DNA of 64,000 nt. It comes from Schmidtea polychroa (Eukaryota). This document shows, in pieces, positions 21,601 through 30,600 of this stretch (the stretch's first letter is position 1; each line of letters begins with the position of its first letter). The position numbers and the translations under genes were made by a program. The notes beneath the pieces were generated by a model. The model searched no databases. It saw only the letters and a list, made by a program, of their open reading frames with translations, and was not told the origin of the DNA. Location: positions 41,292,001 to 41,356,000 of the forward strand of contig CM097887.1 in NCBI GenBank assembly GCA_044892525.1. The letters run 5' to 3'.

Positions 21601-24600
21601 AATGTGGACTAATAACCAGCCATCAACGAGTTATCAACAACCAACGAAACTGAACATCAAAGAAATCATCGACAATACTACGGAAACCGAAACGGATGAA
21701 CAATTCCAGAAGCAAAGAGAACCAACGAAAGTAACACCAGAAAGTCAAACCGACAAAATAATAGACGAATGGAATGAGTGGCTAAGAAATAACGATAGCT
21801 CATTACCCAGAACGGATAACGAAAGAAATCCGAATTACGAAAATACCAGAGAAGCAGGAACGATGATGGAAAAACGGGCAAAAGGAAGACCCAAGAAACA
21901 AGGAGAAAAGTCTGAGTTCAAAACCAAAGAACAATTAAAGCAAGAACAAGGGCAAGTTCGATTAGAAAAATTGGATAAAATAGTATGGGATCTAAAGGAA
22001 GCCCAACCAACGATCGAAAGAGGAGAAAAATGGATACGAGAATTGTTAAAAGATATGTTAATAATAACAAACCCACAACTTAGACGTCTGTGGCAACGGA
22101 AAGTAGCCAGTACGGAAGCTAGACAATTATGGCACACCATTTCGGGGATAATCCCAAAGTTAATCAAAGAGAAAACGAAAACCACCAAAACGGATTGGGA
22201 CGAAACAAAGAGAGTGATTGAGCAGCTCACGACAAATGCAAATGATGACGAGCATCACCTAGTGGTAATCACTTATTTGATGTATAATTTGATGGGACTA
22301 GCTGCGAGGAAAATACCAAATAAACAGTTTGCAAATCATGTGGAAATGACCGTTTCAATCATAGAGAATACTATTGAACCACATATTATTCGTGCAGGAG
22401 GATGGAAAAGACTAATACAAGCGCCACGGAAAAATGAGCAAGAAAGGTCGATGCAAGTTAGATTGAAAAAACTGTTAAATGAACTAGAATGGGAACTACC
22501 GATGAAAGATCCCGCAAGCAGAAAAGCATCAATAAATTCGTTAATGATGACTATGATGATATGGATGTTGTGCACAAGTGGAGCAACAGGCTTCACCATC
22601 TACGATTGTGATAATATGATAATGAGAGATAAATACTCATTGAGAGACATAGAAGAATGCAGACAAGCCTCACCCAACAAATTGGACATCGTGAGAACAA
22701 AAGTTACTTACCATGTATATCAAGAATCAGATTTCATCAGAACGCAAGCAAGGGAATGCGTAGTATCAAAAAAGGTACTCGCATATTACTGTGGACAATA
22801 TTCGTATTCGACTCTTATACTACCCGGTCTGGATAAAGAAATCGTATCAATACAACGAGAGGATTGTAAAGAGCTATTTAGAACCGGAGCGCTAAAAATG
22901 CATAACGGAGTGACAATTCACGGACAAACTGGAATGATTAAAACCGAAAGTGTTTACGTAGCCGGAAAAGTAAAATCATCAGATGGGTCATGTAACGGAG
23001 GTACGTATACGATCCGAGGCGAGGTAATATCGGGAGTTGTAGTGATCGAGTCTTACACGGTCGAATTAAAAGAATACGAAGCGCAATTTGACGCAAATAA
23101 TTACCAAATGAAGACCAACCCAGCGTGTAAAGCTACAGAAAACGTATGCAGGACTGGAGTATCAACTATAATCTATGAAGCTAATACCCAAAAATGCCGA
23201 CTCCAACTGTTAAAAAGTGCTTTGTTCAATGAAGTAAAAGGAGAAATATATGAGAACGAGAACGACGAGGATGGAAACGACAGAGTGAGAATGCGAAATG
23301 GAAAACCAATGCCACCATCTCCCAGAGAAAAGAGACTTTCAACGCAGAAGACACCAACAGCATTAATCACAGACGATCCAGATCTAGGTATGAGGTTTAT
23401 CAAAGAGAAAGAAACCACCAAATGTGACAGTATAGTATATAAAACCAATTACGCAGGCATCTATATGTCGAGACAAATAATCGATAGAGCAGTGGGAAAG
23501 ATAGCAACGGAGGACGTAAAACTATACTTATATGCAAATAATAAAATGGATTTTCTATTTCATCGTGGACAAACGACCTTGCAAAAAGTATATTACGATC
23601 TGATACAAAACGATTGTTCATTGAATAAAGAAATATTGAAAACAAAGCTAGCTATTGCGATAACGCACCCAGATAACACGATGCCATCACTCCCATTACC
23701 AGATGGACACTTTGGTAGAATGGTAGGAGAAGTGATGTACACATACCAGTGTACCAAGACGTATGCACGAATGCCAGAAAAATCCATACTACCCGAAAAG
23801 AGATGTGCAAATGAATTAGAAATCCGTTATAAAGGACAAAATCGATTCGTCCAACCAGTCACTAGAATTATGAATCCAGTGGGTTTCTACCCAAATCTCT
23901 TTAACTGTTCTAATGCATACGGACCTTTATATGAAAGGCCCGATGGGAAATGGATGATGTTACCGGGAAAAACCATATCCGAGGAGCCCAAGAAATTTGG
24001 ATTAATAGAACTCGCCACAGAGCTGGATTTCAAACCTATAGACGTGTCAAACGGTGGTATGTATTCCCCAGAAGATCTAGAAACAGCACGACTTAACGTA
24101 CTCTTCCCAGCCAGACGAGAATCCATTTTGTCTAATATGGTTACAATAACTGGGGGCACAAATTATCAATCAGGCCCGAATTACGAGCTGCTATTATCGC
24201 CAGACCATTTTCAACAAGCTACGTCAAACATGATGAAAGCAATGTGGGGAAGATTCTTAGTTTTTGGACAAATGATGGCCGGGATACTAGGGATCATACT
24301 CATAATTCAGATAGTCAGAGTAATACTAACACAAATGTTAGCTTGTTTCGATATATACAAGCGGGAAAAGAAAGTTAACTGGAAAATGATAGTAGGTTTC
24401 TTACCATTTTTAGCTAAGACCATGGTATTACATGGCCACTCAAAAGACATTCATCGGATAAAGCGATTGATAAAAATATTAACAAAGATTAAAGGAACCG
24501 ACGAAGAAGTAGGCAGACGATTCCGGAAAGTAATGTACGATGAAGCAACAAGACGACAATTGAAAAAGAATAAGCCAAAATTCTTGGACCGATTTAGAAG

Positions 24601-27600
24601 CCAATCATCTAACAGCGATAGTGACGGCGATGATAACGGGAACGATAAATGTCTTTATCCAAACAGAAACCCAAACGAAAAACCAATGGAAACGGCACCA
24701 TATTGGGAAAAGGAAAAGACAAACACCTGGATCGCCAATGGAAGCTATATACCACCGGATATCGTGGGACCACAAGCAGCTTTGACCATGACACAAAATA
24801 TGTATCCGCAATTACCGAGTCAACCCGGTATGCTTTATATGCCAACACGACGTACCAAAAGTGTAGATCAAGCAGATGACGTAAGAACAATCGCAGCAAT
24901 GAGTCTACCTGGAGGTCCAGCAGTAACAGTTATGATTCAAATCAATGGTAAAGAAACCAATGCGATGATAGACACAGGAGCTAATGTATCAGCGATAGCG
25001 ATTAATCAAATTCCCAGTAAACACTGGAAGGATATCGAATCAACAACAATTCACATCATAGCATGTAGTAAAGAAACAGTGGACGTGGTCGGAAGATGGT
25101 GGACTACATTGAGATACCAGGACAACGAAATTGAAACGTATTTGGCAGTAATACCAAAACTTAGCGTACCATGCATAATCGGAACGGATTTGATGCCAGA
25201 ATTGTTAAAGGAAGTCGTAATTGACTTAACAACCATGTGTTTAAAAGACAAAACCGGTAGAATATGCAAAATGAATTCAGTCATCAGATGTCCAGAAAAA
25301 ATAATAGTACCAGCAAAATCACAGATGATTTGTCAGATAAAAGTGGATACGGGTATGGAAGGAGAAGTTATCTTTGAACCAAGCAAGTCATTTGAAAAGC
25401 GACGAGAATTACCACTCGCAAGAGAAATAATCACAATAAACCAAGAAGGAGTGATACCGCTCAACATCACGAATTTCGAAGAGGAAGACAAAATCATTTA
25501 TGAGAACGAAAAATTGGGAAGATTGACCCCAATGATGGACATAGAATTACCGAAAGTGACCAACGAGATGATCAAAGATGATGAATTATGGACAATAGAT
25601 AGTATGTTGTTGACGAATGACGAAAAGAAAAAATTGCACCGATTGTTGGTAGAATATAAAGATATATTCGCCATCTCAGATTTAGACTTGGGTACATGTG
25701 ATGTTACCTTACATGCAATACCACTCATAGACGAAACCCCAATTGCATTGAGACCATACAAGCTAGCAGAAATGCAGAAAGAAATAGCCGAAACAGAAGT
25801 ACAAAAGATGCTAGACGCAAAAGTAATCGAACCAAGTTGCTCACCCTGGCAATTCCCAGTGGTCATGGTGAAAAAGAAAGATGGCACCCAACGATTCTGT
25901 ATCGATTATCGGAAGTTAAACGCAGTGACCAAGAGAGATACCTACCCATTGCCGGACATCAATGAGATGTTATTGATGTTGCAAGGGGCAGCATATTTTA
26001 CTTCTTTAGATCTAAAAAGTGGATACTGGCAGATTAAAGTCAAAGATGAGGACAAAGAGAAAACAGCTTTCACGTTGGGACGAGATCTATATCAATTCAG
26101 GAAAATGCCATTTGGACTGACTAACGCACCAGCATCATTTCAACGGTGTATGAACTTTGTCACCCATGGAATCAAACAATGTATGGTATATATTGATGAT
26201 TTACTAATCTATTCAGCGACATTTGAACAACATCTAGAAGATATCCGAAACGTATTTATTAGATTAAGACAGTGGAAACTCAAACTCAAACCATCAAAAT
26301 GCGATTGGGCAAAGGAAAAAGTCACGTTTTTAGGACACATAGTGTCAGCTAAAGGAAAGGAGCCAGATCCAAGAAACATTGAGAAAATAAAAACATGTCC
26401 AGCACCGAAAACTGTCACCCAAGTTCAGGAATTTCTAGGATTATGCGGATACTATCGCAAATTTATCAAAAATTATGCAGGAATTGCAAAACCAATCCAG
26501 GAATTAGTAAAGAAGGACATTTCGTTCTTATGGGGGAAGGAACAACAAGAGGCGTTTGAAACGCTGAGAGACAAACTAATCGAAGCACCTATCCTCGTAC
26601 ACCCAGATTTTAAGAAGCCATTTCTATTGGCAACGGATGCAAGCGGGTACGCGGCAGGCGCGATTCTGGGACAATTGGACGATGAGGGAAAAGAGAGAGT
26701 AATCGGGTATTACAGTCGAACATTCAAAAAGCACGAAAAGAACTATTCGGTAACAGAACGAGAAGCATTGGCTATAATACAAGCTATCAAACACTTCCGA
26801 TATTTACTATGGGGACATGAGATATGCATAACCACAGACCATCAACCATTAGTGTGGTTAGGGCAACATAAAGAAGCGTCCAGTAGACTGATGAGATGGG
26901 CCATGCAATTGCAAGAATACTCCCCATTTATAAAATTCAAAGCGGGAAGAGCAAATGCCAACGCCGATTGTATGTCAAGATTTATTTTCCCAGATTTGGT
27001 GGATTCAGAAATGCAACGCATATGCTTAATAGTAGCGGAAGATTTGGATTTCTGTCAATTGCGAAAGGACCAACAAGAGGACGCGGAATTAAAACAAATT
27101 ATCGATTATATAAAAACCGGACAGACAGATGTATATGCGAAAGACCAAAAATTAAAAGAACATATGGATAAACACCGACACCGATATATTATAGAGAAAG
27201 ATTGGTTGCTGATAATGGATGGGGAAAAACGATTAATGTGTATACCGGAAAACCGACGAAAAGAGTTACTAACGCAATATCACGATGGGAGATTGGGAGG
27301 ACATATGTCATCGAAAAAGACGTTAGCAAGAATGAAACAGAAATATTTTTGGCCTACGTTAACGGAAGATGTAACCGAATGGGTAAAAAATTGTCTAACT
27401 TGTGCAACCAGGAAGAATACGGGATCGAAATGGAAAGCACCTTTAACGCCAATGCCAGTACCAATAGAACCAATGACAATGATATCCATGGACGTAGTTG
27501 GTCCACTACCAGAGTCAGATAAAGGAAACGTTTACATTCTGGTGATCACAGACTTTCTTACGAAATTCCCAGAAGCATTCGCGATGCCAGACCAAAAAGC

Positions 27601-30600
27601 TAAAACAATCGCAAAAATTTTGGTAGAAGAGATATGTTGCCGATATGGAACACCAAAACAAATCTTAACCGATCAGGGAACAAATTTTATGAGTGAGATA
27701 ATGAGCGAAGTAACAAATTACTTCAAAATAGCAAAACTAAGAACATCTCCATACCACCCTCAAACCAATGGGATGACGGAAAGATTTAATGGAACACTTA
27801 TACAAATGTTATCAAACTACGTTGACCGTCACCAACGAGATTGGGACGAATATATAAACCTATGTCTTATGGCGTACAGAATGTCGATTCACGCATCAAC
27901 GAAAATGAGCCCATTCAAATTAATGTACGGAAGAGAATGTAATATGCCAATGGACCTGGAATACCAACCACCGATATCGCAGTATATGGAGATCGATGAT
28001 TATGTTACGAAATTCAAGGAAAGAATGCAAGAAATTTGGGAAACTGCGGGATTAAATATCAAGTTCTACCAGGAAAGTTATAAAGATTTACACGATCGAA
28101 AGAAAAACGTGAAGCAACATACGTTCCAAACAGGTGATTGGGTAATGATAGAAACCCCGGAATTAATTCCAGGAACCACAAAAAAGTTACAACGCAACGG
28201 AAAAGGACCATATGAGATCTTATTCGTAGGCGAAACTAATGTAAGAGTGAAATTGGTAAATAACCCCTTTACCAGACCAATATACGTAAACGTGGCACGA
28301 TGCAAATCAATTCCAAAAACAGCCACTAGTCAACCAGAAGGCCGTACATTAACCACACGTTCGCAAACCTACCGAATGAACATGATGCAACAACTCGCAG
28401 AACCGATCACTGGACGATTAGGTATCCAACCATCAGAAGCGGAAAAGATTGTAAAAGAGGTAAAAATTAAAATACCTGGATGGGCGAAAGATCGATTAGA
28501 TTTCGAAATATTAGGAGGATTATTGACGATGATCGAGAACTATGCAAATAGAGAAAGGACACACCCATTATTGCGAGTAGTCAAAAGCCAATGGCCAATA
28601 TTATTTACAATAACAGATCATTACGGAGACACACCATTACACAAACTCATGAAAGTAGGTAACAACGAGCAAATACTAGAAACAATAGAAGCATTTCACG
28701 ACTGCAAGCGATCAACAGAACAAACAAACAACCAAGGTTACACACCATTAATGATAGCCGCAAACAGAGGCAAAACAAAAGACATTATAACCGCATTACT
28801 CGATACCGGATCGAAAATAACTACACAAGACCACGAGCGGAAAAACGCTCTACACCATGCTATCGAAGGGAGAAGTACCGAGGCGTTCACGTCATTGATG
28901 GAACTACTATCATATGAGGACAATCGGGAAGTCGGAAACATGTATGATGGATTGTTAACAGCGATCAAAGAAAAACTGACGACAATTACCGGAATATTAA
29001 TTACATGGAGAAATCCAATTCGAAACGATTATATGATCAACGTAAACGAAGCGTTCACGAGAGGAGAGAACACGCTGATGAGAGAAGCTATGAAAGGACA
29101 TCAGTTATTCGAAATCCCGAATCAATTACTAGAACGAGGGATAAAATTCACAAATCATAAAGACGAACAGTTAGCAAAAAAGCGAATCGACACATTCGAA
29201 AAATCCCTATTCCAATTTACTAACCAAGTACGAAATAAATATTGGGAAACGGTAAGTGTGTTATATATGATGGACACAATGAATAACATCCGCGAGAATT
29301 ACCTGGATATTATCCAAATACTTACAGCAGAGGAACGAATCAATAATCCAAACGGAAAGAAAACGAAAATAAGGTATGAGAAATCCAGGGAATCAAAGTC
29401 AACAACGAACCAAACGGTCACAAACAACGTCATCGAAACCAAATCAATGAGTATAGATCAAGAGGCAATAATACGCAAAGCAAAAGAAGTGTTCTTTGAG
29501 GAAATGCTAGAGCTGCCAGACGAAATAATATTGTCAAAAATAATAAAAGCCGTACACACATACGCAAGAGATCAAACCACGGATTTAGATATCGGGAAAA
29601 TCAAAACCTTCTTGCCTCGAGCATTTACGATGGTAACGAAGGATTCCAGAACACCCCTACAACAAGCAATACTAGCAGCGAAAGAAAATAGAGCAATAAC
29701 GATCGTGAGAATCCTTGGAGAGATGGGCGAGGAAACCAACACGAAAAATGAACAAGGTGAAACCGCCATGATGTATGCAGCTATAACGAAAATACACCCA
29801 AAAACACTCCACATCCTACATCAATCAGGATCGAAACTAGACGAAAAGTCCAATGAAGGAAATTCCACCTTGGACTGGGCAACCATACAGCCAAACTTAG
29901 AAATGATCAGATTTATTTGCAAAAATGCGACAAAAGAAGAAGTCGAAAATATGTGCAAAAACACATCTCAGTTTCAATGGAATGCGGTACGGAAAAATCT
30001 AGAAGCAATGAAATTATTATTAACCTGGAGAGTACCACAAAATAATAAATATGCGATAAATGTAAACGAATTCTACGAAAACGGAGAAAATGCGATGGTA
30101 AAGAATACCCTAACTAAGGGGGGGACACCTAAAATAATTTTAATAGTATTAAATAGAGAAGACCTAAAATTCACGCAAAATCAGAACGAGCAACAACGAA
30201 TTGGGAAACATCGTCGTATGCAATTGAGAGAGTTAGTTAAAGAATGGAATAGAAAGAGACATGCTGCAACGGGTAGAAAAGAGTTTGAATTCGAAGCAAA
30301 ATTAGCAAGAAACAGAGTGCTAACAGCATATCGCAGATTATTGAACGATATAAATGTCGAGGACGACATTTTAAACGACAGCGGGGGAGATAAACACGAT
30401 GACAATAACGGAAAAGGCCGAAAGGAGGATAAAGAGAAAAGAGAACAGGAGGAGGGTAAACCGGAAAACAAGGATTCGGATACGAAAAGAGAGGGAAACA
30501 GCCCGGGAACTAAGACCAAAGAGGAGGAAAAATCGAATAATGGAAAACAGAGGGTATGCCTACCTTTCACTAACAAAGAAATAGAGACAAATATGATATT

